Origin: Leptogorgia sarmentosa
Taxonomy: Eukaryota
Direction: 5' to 3'
Length of the DNA: 64,000 bases
Assembly (NCBI GenBank): GCA_964658305.1
Contig: OZ210884.1
Coordinates: 1,116,001-1,180,000, forward strand
Every line of letters begins with the position of its first letter. Positions within the stretch are counted from its first letter, which is position 1. Shown one piece after another: positions 1 to 15,400 of the stretch. The translations under genes were made by a program, and so were the position numbers. Under the pieces are notes generated by a model that was not told the origin of the DNA, did no database searches, and saw only the letters and a program-made list of their open reading frames with translations.

Positions 1-182
1 CAGCCGGAGTATCTTGATTTTGCTGGGAACTGTGCTTAAGCCTAAATTTTATTAGTTTAGTTATGAGCGAAAACATTAGATTGCATGAATGGCGAAGTGT
101 AATTTCTTGCGAAAATGCATAGACGAATTATGAGTAGTGACTTGTATTGTAGTGATGATAGCATATATCTCTTTACATGTAG

Positions 183-404
183 CTCCTTCAACAAGATAAT
201 CTTTAAGTGTTATCTTAAAATGTCATTGGGAAAATCACTGTTTCGTAAATGGCTTACGGCCTTGCCCTTGTTGCATTTTCTTCGACGAGAATCGAAGCCA
301 TATGAAGACGTGATTTGGGAAGAAACCATTCGTTTCACCACCTGGAAATGGTGGGGATTGGGAGAATTACCAGGAAAAGTTCTTCGCTCTTATTTGCCAA
401 CGAG
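183..404 (+). CDS. RNF213: RNF213-like exon
   Basis: ag|..|gtaagc; WLTALPLLHFLR...WWGL. Confidence 0.8.
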
Positions 405-3400
405 GTAAGCTTTAACATTGTTAAAATTTCTTCCGTCATTTACGAGGAAAATGGAACTAAAGGAAGTCCTGTGAAAAAAATATTTGTAATCGGAGAAAAA
501 TGCGTTCTTTAACCAATTATACTGCATGGCAAGTCGTTTAGTAAAACCTGCATGGTTACCGCATGCATTTGCGTGGATAAGAGGTGTCCCATATGTCGTT
601 TATCTGGCTGGAAATTTCGCTTTTTAATTTTCAATAAAATTTACAGACAAAAATTTCAAACAACCAAACTGTATTTTATATGCATGTCTACTGTATAATA
701 TAAGTGAAACTGATGATAGCCGATTTAATTCACGCGAAAAGCATATGCTCAAAACTCGATTCAGCCATATAATATACGGATTATTGACCTCGCTTGTTCG
801 GTCTGTACTGTGAAATATCAGACCTCAGTCTTTTGCATTGACTAATACTAAAGAACCTCGGTCTGATATTTCACAGTACAGACCTCACACTCAGTCAATA
901 ACCCTTTAATATTAGGAATTAGCTATTAAAAAGAGGGTTTGATGAATAATGGAATATTGAAATTTCCAGATGTTGAAGATCAACTAAACTCTGCTGGCAT
1001 AGTCAAACCACAATGAACGACTGTTACATGGGATTTACCCACCCATGACAAGTCGTACCGGACCTGGCCATTGAATTAAAAATATCTGCAACGATAAGTC
1101 AGGGGGGGGGGGGGTGTTGAGGCCGTGCTTGAAGCTGTTTTTGTAGGTAGACCCAATATTTTTTAAAATTTTTGTTTTGAAATGTGCACATTTTTAATCA
1201 GATAAATCTTGCCTCTAAATAGTAGTTATACCACTAAAAATCTAAATCAGCAAAATGAACAAATCACGAATTAGCAAAAAAAATAAGGAAAAACCGACTA
1301 TAAAGATGGACGACCCAAAAAACCGCGCGTTTTGGTTACTTTTTCTGAGTTATTGAAAGTTTGTCAGACGTCAAACCTCACAGGAGTTATTGAACCCTAT
1401 GTAAAATACATCTGTATGCCAGATCTCGTGAAGATTGAAGGTTCACGGTACAAAATAAATGCATTTAAAAATTGACAAAAATATTCTTTATTCAAATTGC
1501 CCACGGAGAATGCGAGGCCGCAAATAATACCATTCGGAAAACGTCGATTTATTCATATTTTGAATTAGATAAAGCGGACAATAAAAAGTTTAACATGAAG
1601 AAAAATACCCGACGTTTATTGCAAAATAGGTGAGGTTTTTTTTTGTTTTGTTGAAGAGCGAAGTTTTTTTGAAACATCAGAACATTTGTCATTTTTCGAA
1701 ATAAAAGTAAAAATCCTCAACTTTTTGCGGCAGAAGGACGTATAATTAACAGTCGGAACTAAACAAGTAACCTAGTGTGAAACCAAAACATTGATGTCTT
1801 TCTACTAAAAACCGTGCATTTCTTGTCAATTTTAGCTCAAAGACATGTGAAAAATTCCTTCGAATTCTCCTTAGTCTATTTGAATGTTAATTTTCCTGCG
1901 CGCCAGCTTCAGCCAATCATAGAGCTAAATCATAGGAGTTATCGTTCCAGTTAATTTTAGTTCACTGGACCTGGCTGAACTATAGTGGTGGGCTGTGTGC
2001 TAGCTGCATCTTCCGGACAACTGCGGTGTTTGCACGAGAACAAAAATTTCCCCTGCCTAAATTTTATGATAACCCACGAATTTTAACGATTTTTTTTCCA
2101 TACAGCGACGCTGTGACAATGTTATCTGACCTGAAAGATCTATTTAATATGGATCGTTTGCTAAAGCGTACATTCCTAATTCTCTGCCCCGTGGAGACTT
2201 TGGGACATCTTGTAAAGAGTGGGTGTTTTTCCTGTTTGGAGTTGTGTGTCACCATGAGAAGGCTACTGCCTTCTGAAAGTTCTACTTCCTACTCAAAGAA
2301 GTTTGTAAGTATAAATAACAAATTCTCAATTATCTTCCCATGACAACTATGTATTATAACAACTTTTATAATATTCAATTTGAATTCGCGCACGTTTCGA
2401 GCAATCTGATTGGTAAAAAAAAGTTAGAGCCCAATTGAGCTTTGCTCACACCAGCATCAGCTGTAATCATTTTTTAACCAATCCTGTTGGAATACTGACT
2501 CCAACCTACCAATAGTATTTATTTATAGTGCAGAAACAGCCGATCAGTGTTAAGGAAGCAAAACATGAAAACAAGTTATTTACATGTTTCACCAATATAC
2601 TCCTAACTGTCCGAGTTTTGTAATCACGCGTTTGAATTGAGATATCAAACTGCATTCCACTCAGTGCAATTATACCATTATTAATTGGAATAGTTAATAG
2701 CTAAAGTAGGATAAATAGTAAGATAAATTGTACAAATTTGAAAGGCTATAAAATTATTTATTTATTAAACTGTAACTGAGTAAGAAACAATAATTATATC
2801 CCGAGCAAATTCGGTCAAAGCAGATGGAAATAAATGCAATTTATGTCCAGAATCCTACGTAGATCTGATCTTAAATATTTTAAATAGACGTAGCGAACAT
2901 TGCGCGCACGGCGCATGCGGGCAGAGAAACGATTCGATCAAACGTGCGTCAGCAAACACATCGCAAGTAGTATGACGTTGAACCCATAACCGTATTATCA
3001 CAGAGTATATATCAGACAGAGGTCTAACTAAATTAAAAAAGTGGCATTTTCATGTACCCACTTTTAATGCGGCCTGGCAAAAAATTATCAACTACGCATG
3101 CTCGGCATGTTTAAATTTAGTCTTTATCAGGTTGTCTCATCCAATCTGATGCACGCTGATCAAGTAACTTGCCGAGCAAGCGCACAAAAAAAAATTGCGT
3201 ACAACAGTTAGAACTCTGCATGTAATTACTTTGTGGTATTATCATGTTGCCGGAGTTATTTTTTGCATGTAACCCAAAGTATAGCTACTAATCCTATTAA
3301 TGAATTGTGAAGAAACAATTATTAAATGCAAACGGTGTTATAAGGAAGGAGCCTAAAACACAGCAATTTACATTGCAATTATGCGAGAACATAATAGATT

Positions 3401-6400
3401 ATGGTATAAAGACCATGAATTTGATAGGCCGGCTTGCTAAAGAAATTTGTTGACTCCGAGGCTCTGAATAATGAACACCCATCCCCAAAGTAATGTAACC
3501 AAAAGAATGTAAAATATCTTTATATATTTTAGGTAGAGGATCTTGCATTTTTTTTTAATGAGTTGAAGAAAACATTATTACACATGAGGTATATTGTGAC
3601 CTACTTATATATCATATGGTTATTTCCCATATATAGTAACTGTAAAAGGTCTAATTTAATTCGGCCTAACGAACGTATACAACCTTAGTTAGGCATTCTC
3701 CAATTTTGCCAATTGGAGAATGTAAATATTTTTGAAAATCTGACGTGTATGTTAACCTCCCGCATCCCCGATCGGAACAAGTAATTTTTTAACAAAATAA
3801 AAAAATGTTTACAAATTTCGATTTCTAGAGAAAATCAGATCGTTAAAGATTGATCTATAGTATATGCATTTTCAACATTTCCATTATCTGTAGCGCGCCA
3901 TATTAAATTGCGCTGTTGGCTACATGCCATGTTGCAAAGAAGTTAGACCTACTTATCGTATCGAAATTACAAGCACTTCAATTGTAACAAATTTCTCCAG
4001 GTATTTTTAAAACGAGAAATTTAATTCATGAAATGAGTCGAATAAACGCAAAGCCCATTGATCATCAACTTTGAAGTTAAAACAAAATTTCTACGTTGCA
4101 AATTGAACGAAATTTTTCGCGTGATAATGATCTCTACTGCCAGTGGATAGACTGATTGAGCAACGTAAGGTGAGGTTATGAATACTAATTACGTCCGCCA
4201 CCTGACAAAGGAGGTATCACCCTTGTTTATTGAATGTCATGGTGAAAATTGTTCCTGTAAAGTTCTAATAGGCGTAATACCGTATTTATATACTCCTTTG
4301 TCACAGGCCTGAAGAATTTCCAAGAAGTCAACAGCAAGACACTTTGATCATACTCAATTGCTTGGTTCGGATTTCTGTAAATCTAACACATTATCTTGAC
4401 CTTCTTCAAGTTGACGTTTTTTGCCGCTTGATGGAGTGTTTCATTACTGCTTTTGACCTTCAAATAAAAGGAATTGATCATGAAATTGAATCTGCAGAAC
4501 CAGAACATAAAAACTTTGATGTTGAAAACCCACCAAAGACATACCAATCAAGTGGCATCACAGAAATGGAATCATATTTCAAAGAACTTCTTTCCGAGGT
4601 TGAAACGTTTGTGGAGAACAGCCTGTCAAGATATTTCCTTGAGCGTAGAAATGCCACAGAATGGAACGAGGAATTGCAGGTCATTATATGTTGAAATATA
4701 CGATCTATGTACTTATGTGATAGGCAGACGGACGGACGCATTTATTAATTATTTGAATGTTTTTGTTTCTATTTGTTCTCGCCATAGTCGCGGCCGAGCG
4801 GTTATGGTAATATTTCCACTCATGTACTCCCAATGTAAAAGAATAACTTACTACAATCAAATTGAGCCAATTGCTCGCTTCTGCCTTGTAATCTATTTTA
4901 ACCGACTGAAGAGACGATATGATTTATGATGATACTGATATAAAATAGTCGACAACATTAGTAAGCTTGGGTTGGTTATCTTTACACCCAGTTCTTTTTT
5001 TAGCTATTACATCAAGCTTTTCTTTGAGCTGATGTTACGTGGAATGATTTTTAACGACAATTCGCATCGCAACAGGACAGGCTGCCAAGCGTTGAAAATC
5101 GTCCAGTGTAACATCGGCTTTAACAGCTCGATATCTTCAATGACGTAGGAACGATTTCAAAATTGGGGGTAAAAAATTTGAACATTTAGGGTCTTAGATC
5201 GCTAGAAATGATAATTTTGAGTCCAAACTCGAGCTTTTTAGTTGGCTTCTTTGGGTATACAAATGAAAGATTATTGACTAAGGCACGCCCCCCCCCCGGT
5301 TCCTACGTCCCTGGATATCGATCTTCGTAGAGAACTTTGCACTATCCTTGGATTCCTAGTTAAAAAATATTTTCGCTTATGTGTTATTTTTCCCAGAATA
5401 TGTACGTTGCATATGCACGATGCATTTTGGGTGTATTTCGGTGAACACATACCACACCTGACGAGCATAATTCTGATTTTATGACTTGGTTGTGTAGGTT
5501 TGGAACAAGCTGTTATCATTATCTGGACCAGAGGTCTTTAGCAAGCAGTGGCGCGATAAATTCATCACTAAATTTCAAAGTAGAATACAGAAGGTATTGT
5601 AATGATTTTCTTAACTCATATTTATTAACATGCATACACTCATGTCTGGCCAGCGAGCTTTGACCAGAGTGTGCAGAGGAAATACGTCCTTTCCATGCGG
5701 TTCGGTAACCATACTTTCTAGCTTCTATCAGATTGCTTTAGTTTGCGGCCGATATTTCACGATACGTACCGCTCAACTGGATCGCTGCGTGTTGCAAGCG
5801 ATGATGTTTGGAGCGACAAAAAGTTATAGTGAACGTGCTAAATATGTATTAAAAATTATAAAAATTAGTAAAATTTTTGTTTATACCGGGTGGCGCAAAA
5901 AAAAATACAACTGTTTGATTACTTATAGCTCAGAAACCATACGCCGTAGAACCCTAAATGGAGTTTCATTGCATCAAGCGATGTCTAACTTAAATTTTGG
6001 TATATTCGACAGGCATTTTCGTCCAAGATTGACGGAGATATGAGAGTTTAAACTTTTGTGAACAATTTTGAAACGGTCACAAATTATTAGCTAAAAACGG
6101 CCTATTAAACTGATTTTATAACCGCGTCACTATTTTATCATAAGCAGTGTTTTAACAAACGTAGTTGAAGTGCAAATTTCATGTTCCTTGTAACAGAGAT
6201 GCTTTCTCGTTTTTGTTTGCTGTTCGGCAACGCAAAAATTGAGCTACAAGGCAAGGTTGATTGAAAGTTTTCTTCTAAATTTTAATTTGACGTCCAAAGG
6301 GAAGCTGAATTCTAAAATGCGAATGTCGCCTCGTATGCTTCTATGTAATAATTATGCCTCGTTTAACGAAGGACCAAAGAGTTGGAAAGACGCTGCATTC

Positions 6401-9400
6401 GTGCTCGGGGACATGCATTTCCTAACGAATAGACGTTTGTTTTACACGACTCGGTACACGGTACATCTCTTAATATGTCGTTAATGCTGTATTAATATTT
6501 AATAGGCCGTTTTTAGCTAATTTGTGAAGGTTTCAAGATTGTTAACAAACTTTTAAACTCTCATATCTCAGTCAATCTTGGACGAAAATGCCTGTCGAAT
6601 ATACTAAAATTCAAGTTAGACATCACTGGATGCATGCAATGAAACTCCATTTAGGGTTTTACTGCGTATGGTTATTGAGTTATAAGTATATCAAACAGTT
6701 GTACTTTTTTTTGCGCTACCCGGTATATATAAGTTTATAATTTTTTTACGAAGATATTTTGGCCGGTATAACGGTTGTATGGTATTTCTACAAAATCAGA
6801 ACAAGCCTATCATGCTTAACAGCAGCAATGTTATATTCAAGTTCTGTTCAAGTGGTTAAACGATCGGAACATGCGAAATTGTGCGAAATGTTGTATCTTT
6901 GTTGTACGCAACATATTCCAACATGCAATTAGAGGGGTGGTCAAACGGACATAAGATTGACTCCCAACAATGTTGGAATACAGTATGTTGCGACGAAATG
7001 TTGCGTTCATTTGACCAGTATTAGGCCTACATTGAAACCAAACTAAACAATGCGACGAAAACCGAATTGAATAATTGTTTTATTATACATTAGAATAAAA
7101 ATAAACAAAGTATTAAGGTATGAAAACTTTATTTATGAAAACGTAGGCATTTGTTTGTGTTAAGTAGATACCACTTGCTAATAATCACAGGCTCATTTTG
7201 CAGAGAACTTAGGGTCGCATATACTGTTGCTCATCCGTTACAACAGTACCCTCCATATGCCTATTACTTTCCAACTGTAATTTCTTGCAAAAAAAATCAC
7301 ATTAGCCAGTGCCTGCGGAAAATCGATAATTAGTGGTGGGGCACTAGTAGATACTTCAACACGTATATGAAGTAACTAAATAAATTATGAAAATAAATTA
7401 TTTGCAAGCAAAAATTTTATCTGTTATTTTCTACTATTTTATCTTTTATTTTCTACGGAAAATTTGTTGGAACTTGTACGTGCATTGGTGCAATCCATGT
7501 GATCATGTTGACGTTATTTCCATGCCTCGTTTGTTTTAGCTGTCACCACTTCGTCGGATTGATCTATTTTCTATATCTGATCAATGTAATCAAGATGTTG
7601 CAACATGTTTAAGTGGCGCTGCTTTCGAAGCCATGGAAATCATTGTAAAAGTAAGTATGACTGGTTTCAGTTTCGGCAAAGACCAAACAGAATTTTGAAA
7701 TTTCAAGGAATACCTCCAGATATACACTATAGATAAATAGTTTTACTATTCGCTGAGATAGGTTTGGAAATAATTTCAATTTGTTGAAAAGTGAAGCTAC
7801 TTAGAATGAAAATTTATAATATGTGGTTTAAATTTGGCCTCATTACTTTCACAAATCTTTCTCGGCGCTTCGCTTCCAGGTAAATATTTATCGATAATCA
7901 CCTCGACTTCGGTGAATATTCGTTAATTATACCGCATTGTCATCTTAACTTAGTTGCATGGTTGGTTACCTTCGTGCGCAATCCATTTCTCTTCTGTTAG
8001 AAAAAACACACCCGCCAGAATTTTGAAAATTTTAAATTTAGAAATTTTTGGGTTTCTACATTTTAATCTCAGACAATGTATATAATCCAAAAACGTCCTA
8101 CCCCGAGCCACTGCGAATTTGAGGGCGATTTCAAATTTGTTCAGTTTTTTATACACCCAGCATATAACATTGCAATTTTCCATTTTGTAGGATGGTCAGG
8201 GCGAAAGAGATGCTTTCAAGCGTTTAGCTCAGAACAAATCAAACAATGCTATAAAGATACTGAGTGCTATGTTGCGTAAAGCCTGCCCACAGAAATCAAA
8301 GGACAGTCAATTAAAAGAGATAGAAAAAGAGGACATTTTGCTCAACCATCTTCTAACTTGGCCAATATGGCCAGGATTCTTAAAGTTCTTCGGTAAGGAA
8401 TCTTACAGTATAAGTGCATCACACGAGTGAGCAGCGGAGATTGGTAATTATTATATGGCAAGCAATTTTTTTGTCGAATGGCGCGATCTGATCGGCTGCT
8501 GACGGAGCAGAATTTTCCCGTATTGCCCACTGTGAGGAAAACAATCACAAAAAACTTTAAAATTCGATGAAATTTTATTTATTAAAGTAGAAAAGTGTAA
8601 AAATCAATGACGAGGAGCATTTTGAGAGCGAGTTTTATCACCCAGAGGTCGAAAATAAAGGATACGAAACATATAATAATTTTATTCGTGTATGTCGTTT
8701 GAACTCAATTCGAAACGCACATAAGCATGCCATATAGTAAAAACGTACTGACTTCGACTGTTCGGGCTGTACGGGAAAATATCAAGTTGAGGTCTTGCCT
8801 CACTCTCAGTCAGTAAGTTATTAACATTTTTCAAATAAATTATGTTTTTCGCGAATCTTCGGGTGATCAATGAGAGAATATAGCGAGCTGTTATACAGGG
8901 TGTATATTAAAAAGACCGAACAAAGGGGTGTACGTGTGCCTTTTCCAAGAGATTAAAATTGGCTTGCGCACGATAATTTGGCCTAGCTTTTTGTTTGAGT
9001 GTTTACAAGGCGCCGGAAGAATTTTAAACTAAGAGGAACAAAGTTTAGACCTGCTTCGATTCCTGGGTACTCGTGTAAACATAAAGCCGAAAAGAACGAA
9101 TTTTAGTCCCCTGACAAATTCGTCCGGTCCCATGTAAACGCGGTTTAATTTTCGTGCGTGAACAACTGTTCATTTGTTGATAAACTGTACCGGCGCTTTA
9201 AGTTTTTTTGAAATTTAAATTGCAGAATTTTCGTTTATTTTTCACAATATGAAAATAACTAAACAATCTATATGGACCAAAAACTTTGTACCTCGAGCCG
9301 CTTCGCGAAGTTTAGGACGATTTCAATTATTTTGTTCAGTATTTTCTTATACAACCTGTAGATGTAGCATTCACGCTCGCGAAATAATTATTAGAATAAA

Positions 9401-12400
9401 ATGAGAGCTAGCGCACTTGCACACCTAATGAGAGGGAGGGATCAAAAGCGTTGAACGCGCTTATACTTGTGTTCGTTCGCCTTTGCGAAACGTATTGCTG
9501 CATGTCAGTACGAATTTTCAACTGACGTTTTCGTTTGAAATTTTACCTTTGGTAAGCCATGTTAATTGGAGAAAGTCTGTTAACTATATTACTTCTGATA
9601 CCATCTAAATCTGCAATAGACATTTCAAATGAAGGAATCTTCGGTTCTTTAACGGTATCCAAGAATGACACTGTATCATTATTTTGTTTTTCAAGGGAGC
9701 AATTCCGACGGAAAGATTGAATTATCAAAAGACTTTGAGTGTGCCACATTGATGACAAGGGCAGAAACGTGCCTGACAGGTTTGATGAATTCTGTCAAAG
9801 AAGGGACTGTTAAAGTTGCCACGTTAAAACTCTTGGAAAAACATACCGATCAATTTTTGAAGCTTGGTGAGATTTACGAAACGAACCAACAAGTTGAAAC
9901 ATCTGTGCAGGTTTCTTTCTCACAGCGACTTTCTGAACGGAATGCCTTTCTCGCATTTCAAGTTCGCCTGGAGTGTTTCATTCACTTCTGCAACATTTTC
10001 ACTTCAGGTAAATACATCCTTTTTCTATTTCCGGAGTAATTCTAGTAATTTAGTGTTCAACTGTACTAGTCTTACCACTCTAAAACATCTTTGTAAAATT
10101 TAACGTACCAAGCGAATCAAGAGGAAACTACTCTTAGACATACGGAACTGCCGTTCCGAAACTGGTTTTGTAAGAATACTCCAATTCTACTATTTTGTTC
10201 TCACAAACATTGAACAATATCTACATTAATAGCAATTCAAATTCAAATATGGTTGCCCTCGCTTTCCGAATAAATTAACGTTACCAGACAATAGGGTGCC
10301 TTGAAAATTGTGATAATAAATACAAGATAAAATCCAAAATAGGAGCCAAGTAAAAAACGAAGTAAGATAGTGTAGTGAGTAATGACGGATACAAAATGCA
10401 ATATTTTATAGCGGAATTGTTACGGAAAATAAATTATATGCAAAATCAAAGTATCATATGCTATGAATACTATCACCAATATTTAAAAATGGCATAGATA
10501 AAATAATTTCAAAACCAAAATGGTTTATAAAGTGTTAAATTGAAATGCGCAAAAAATAAAAAGAAGCCGCTAGGCATAATCCACGGAGTTGCCACTCATA
10601 TTCGTCGCAAATGAGGCGATCGCTTGTGTGATTGCAGGGGGTTAATTAAAGTTTTTTAATTAAGTCCTCCTTTTCATAATTTTTGTCCTTATTTCCGCCC
10701 AAATTTTAAAATGTTTCAGTGTCGTTCATAATTGCTAGCGCTATTCCGTAAGCCGCCATTTTGAAAAGAAATGCTGCGGTCACCCCGTAGTGGGTGACCA
10801 TCGCCTGAAAGTCGGGCTGTCTCGACCAATCAGATATCGAATGCAGGAAATATCATAGGCTTCTCAAATTGCCTCTAGTCGCCTCTTAGCTAATTTAGCG
10901 AACTAAGCACGTTATTATTCATCAGTTAGTGAATATATTTTTTTAATATCTTGCACTTATAATGACTAAAGTTTGAATTGACATATCAATGTTCCCATGC
11001 ATAAAACTACCATAAAACTAGCAGGCTAAGAGGCGAGTGAAAAACTAGTCGAAATCGTGTATTTTTAAAATTAGTTGAAAATATAGTTTGTGCATAAATG
11101 TGCCCTGAAGTGTCTCAATGAACCAAAATGTGGATTATGCTTTAACGCCTTCAAAGTTCCTTGAAAGAGTCATGGGTTGTTTGAAAGTTCTTGATTTTTG
11201 TGTTAGTTGAGCCATATTTTTGTTGGCGTTTACTCTCATAGCTATTATATACAACCTATTAACTGGTCCGTTCAACTTTATTTGACAGTAACTTCCATCG
11301 GGATTCACTTTCATTATTTTGCGCCCAATTGCCAACAAATGCAATGTTGACCGCCGATACTTATAGGATTCGTATTAAAGCGTTATTGACCGAGCGTGAG
11401 GTCTGTACTGTGAAATATCAGACCGAGGTTTTTTAGTATGGACCGAGCGACGAAGGAGCGAGGTCAATGCAAAAGACTGAGGTCTGGTATTTCACATTAC
11501 AGACCGAACAAGCGAGGTCAATAAACTGTTTATTATATAGCTGAATTGAGTATTTGAGCATATGCTTTTCGCGCGGATTAAATCGGCTATCATCAGTTTC
11601 ACTGGGTAACAGTACATGGCAGACATACATGCTCAATCTAAAACATTTTGTTTGTCTGAAATTCTTGTCTAAATTTGAAAATTAATTAAAAAGCAAAAAT
11701 TTGCTCTGTTTGCGAAGCGAAATTTCCCGCAAGATGAACGACATCCGGGACACCGGTCCAGATACGGAAAATACGGACCACGGTCGGACCACGGTCCGGA
11801 TATGGGTTTTTACGAACCGGTTGTCAACCAATCAGAATAGAGAATTTTGAAAAGCTATATAATGAGAAGTCGTATTGCTACGAAAAGGGGAAAACAGTGG
11901 TTCAATAAGAAGCTATATAGGCTTAAATTTTTTTTGAAATAATTTTGTCCATGGACGGCATATTTAACGCAGAATTAGACAGCAAAGTTTTATTTCTTTT
12001 TTTATACACGCTTTAGTGGTTTCCAACAAGTTCAGCCGAAGTCCGGATTTTACAGCGAATAATAATTGTTTATGAGATAGCTGCCGAGTAATTTGTCTAG
12101 CTTCACCAAGTTGAGCGAGAGAAGTTGATTCACGCTACATAGGTTGTACATCAACTTGCAGTTGTAGGAATGAAACTTTTAAATATTTTTTATCCGACCG
12201 TGGAATCCGTTTCGCTCAAGCAGGGCTAGAGCTTGCCCTTCATTGTGTTTGTGCTAATTCGAGATATACCTTAGGTCTTGAGGGGATCACCTGATCACTA
12301 TAAAAATTATTAGAACCTTTATGCGATGATATTTCATACAGTTTTCCCACGTTTTGTTTTTTTAGTTGATGCAGAACTTCAGCTTCTCCGTCATCAAATT

Positions 12401-15400
12401 GTCCAAGATTATAATGAATTACCAATAGAGGATTTATGCGTCAAAGGATCTGAAAAATATCACATAATATATTTCAATCTTGCTGACAAGTTTGACGAAA
12501 TGATTTCGAAAGTAACTGAGATACAGGACAGTCGAATTTTTCAAGACTTGTGGAAGAAATATGGCGAGAACTTAAATGGTGGTGATGAAGAGGTGACAAT
12601 GGAAATGATTTTCAGCGAACTGTGGTCGAGAATTTGTGAAGAACTTCAGGAAATATGTCGGCAATTTCGTGATGGTGATGTGAAACTAAAGAAAATTGAG
12701 GAGTATTTGGATATGTTTAAGATGGACTACGACGCTGTGGTAGATGAGCTAGTGCTGCTTTCACGATATTTCAATGGCACGGGGCAATTGGATGAAAGAA
12801 ATATGGATCAGATAAAGAACAAATTTGCGGGCATAATGGAAAAAGTGAAAAGTTATAAGAAACTTTTCAATGCACGGCAAGCTGCCGAAGCAATCCTAAA
12901 TTTACAAGATGTCATGGGTCTCACGGGCGATTTTTCACAAGTCAAAAGTATTGAAAAGGTTTGGCTATATATATACTTTGTAAGACATGTGTTCACTCGA
13001 GTGCTATTCGTATCTGTTAAAGGATAATGGCCACAAGATTTGAAAGTCTTATTCGAAAAACTTTTAAAATTATTCATAAAATCGTTGATAGGTTTTTCAT
13101 ATCTTGCTTGATTCTTGAAATATTTTCTACTTAAAGCAAACTGTCCGCCATCTTCGATTATTAGCGAGGTTCAGATTTGACTTCCACTACCGCTGCCGCA
13201 ACCATACACTGACTTATCACGAATGTGATTGGTTAATCGAACAGACTTAAAGCACCTGATTGGTTCATGGGATCTTAATGGTAGCGGTAGTGGACGTCAA
13301 ATCTGAACCTCGCTATTGACGGTCATAACACGACTATATCAATATACAGCCTCCTCCAATTAACGGTCTAGCTACCGCTCTATTCACGATATGCATGCAT
13401 GTAACCACAACTCGTCTTTGGCTGCTATCACAAATTTCGAAATCGAGTAAAAGGGTTTCAAACCAATTTTGATTGGTACTTAGTAATTTAAGAAGTCTTG
13501 TTCTATTTGTGATATCATTAAAACCATATTTAATGAGGTTAAGAAATAACCGATATAGCAGATAGTTCATTGTTTCAGTGAAAATATTTCAAGACTCATA
13601 ATTCTAAGCGTAGCTACTTTCAAATAAGACCAATTTCTCCTGCTATTACACTTGCCGCTTTTAGGTGTTGTTTCTATTTTTAGACTTTTTTATTGTTATC
13701 GTAACCAAAATTGTAACTTTTATCTCTGTCTTAACTCTAACCGTCACCTCAAGCTTAACCGTAATCCAACTCGATTAATACAACAAGCTAATCCTACCCG
13801 AATGCTATCCCTAGTCTAGATCTTGCTAAAAAATGGTAATAATGTTTGCAGATCTAGACATATACATTAGTGTCAAAAATGACTGAAACGTTTATGAAAA
13901 ACAGCAAACGTTTATGAAAAAATGGAAAATGTGCCGAATGACGCAATTTCGCCTTTTTGAGTTTCCATGATCGATAAATATGCCCCCTCCCCACTTCTTG
14001 CTGCTTTCTGCAGGCCGATTTTGTTTGTCACTGAAAAGCTTTCGAAACTGCGAACATATATTTTAGCAGCCACAGTGGTGAATAAAGAATTGAAGGACAA
14101 ATTTCGAATGTTGCCGAGTGATGAAAGAAGATTAACTCATTTTCAGAATTTCTCGAAATGATCTGCCCGCAAGGTGGTCAATACTTTTGCGTGTTAGGGC
14201 CCGTTCACACGCGCGATTTCGCTGCGATTTCTAGTGCGATTTTCTCCTTTTGACGGATGTGAACGAGTAGACTAGTCACAAATGTTCAGGTGAGGAAGCA
14301 CGCACTAAGCACATTCCTTGTTGATCCACTCGTTCACATCCATCAGAAGGGGAAAATCGCAGCTCGTATGAACGGGCCTTTAGAAATATCACTTGTATAC
14401 TTCAAAAATAGCGGTATAGATTAGTGTCCAAACGTTTTCCTATGTAGCTATACTCGGCTTTGCTTCAATTTATGAAAGGAGCGCAGTGGCAGTACCACAA
14501 ACATTAACACTATGAAAGTTGTGTACGGAGCAAGAGATATAACAGTAGCCTACAAAGCGTTTAATTCAGTAGGTAGGGGCACTTCGAAAAACGTAATTTA
14601 GCTTTTTCACGCGTGTAGTTGTAAGTTTCTAATTCCGTTTGTTCCCGTATAAAGGAATAGCGTAGGGCATGCAGGAACGCCGCAAAAACGGCAAGTCGTC
14701 GAAGTAATGATTGTTTGAGAATGCTTGTCTTCTATTATCTCCTGTAATAAACGGCATATTTATCTCCGACAAATAATGCACTTTAATAAGAGTCAATGTT
14801 AACATTGGGTTAATGATAGGAAAGAACATTTTTTCTGCATAACTGAAAACAGCAGTTGTCCAAGTTTGAAGTTTAAAGTTGTATGCAAAACGTGATAGTT
14901 GGTATTTGGTTGTTGTAAAGGGAGTGTCAACGGTGACGTCTAAAGAACTCTTGTTCAACTGCTAATTCTGCGCATTAATATGATATGAATAACCGTGTTA
15001 TTTTCACCTTCAACCTGCTTGTTGAAGATGTTTACGACTACTTTCTTTTACTATTTATAAAAGAACAAAATTGAAGATTGTTTCCTGTCGTGTGTCCGTA
15101 TTAGATTACGCATTGGTTAAGCTTGCTAACAGATTTCTGTACTGTTTACTTATTTCTAATTTTTTATACTTAAATTTTTATTGATGTGAACAAGTTGAGT
15201 TGTGGATATAAGTTATGCACTAGGTGCATATACAGTACGAAAAATCGCTCATGTTTGCTATGTATGTTTTTCAGATTTTTACTGAAAGTTTTAAAAATCA
15301 AAGCATCAATTCTTTGGATGACGAGCTTCTTAAAGCTGGAGACCTGTTAGAAGAAATAGACCCGAGAAAGCAAAGTTGTTTAAGGACATTTACCGACTGC

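Noticed and set aside
7730..7930. Additional hairpin-element fragments (also near 7060, 9240-9350, 54210-54450, 59740)
   Set aside because: They resemble the family (CTTCG apex, AATAATTGTT or CCAATC ends) but are too degraded to assign boundaries.
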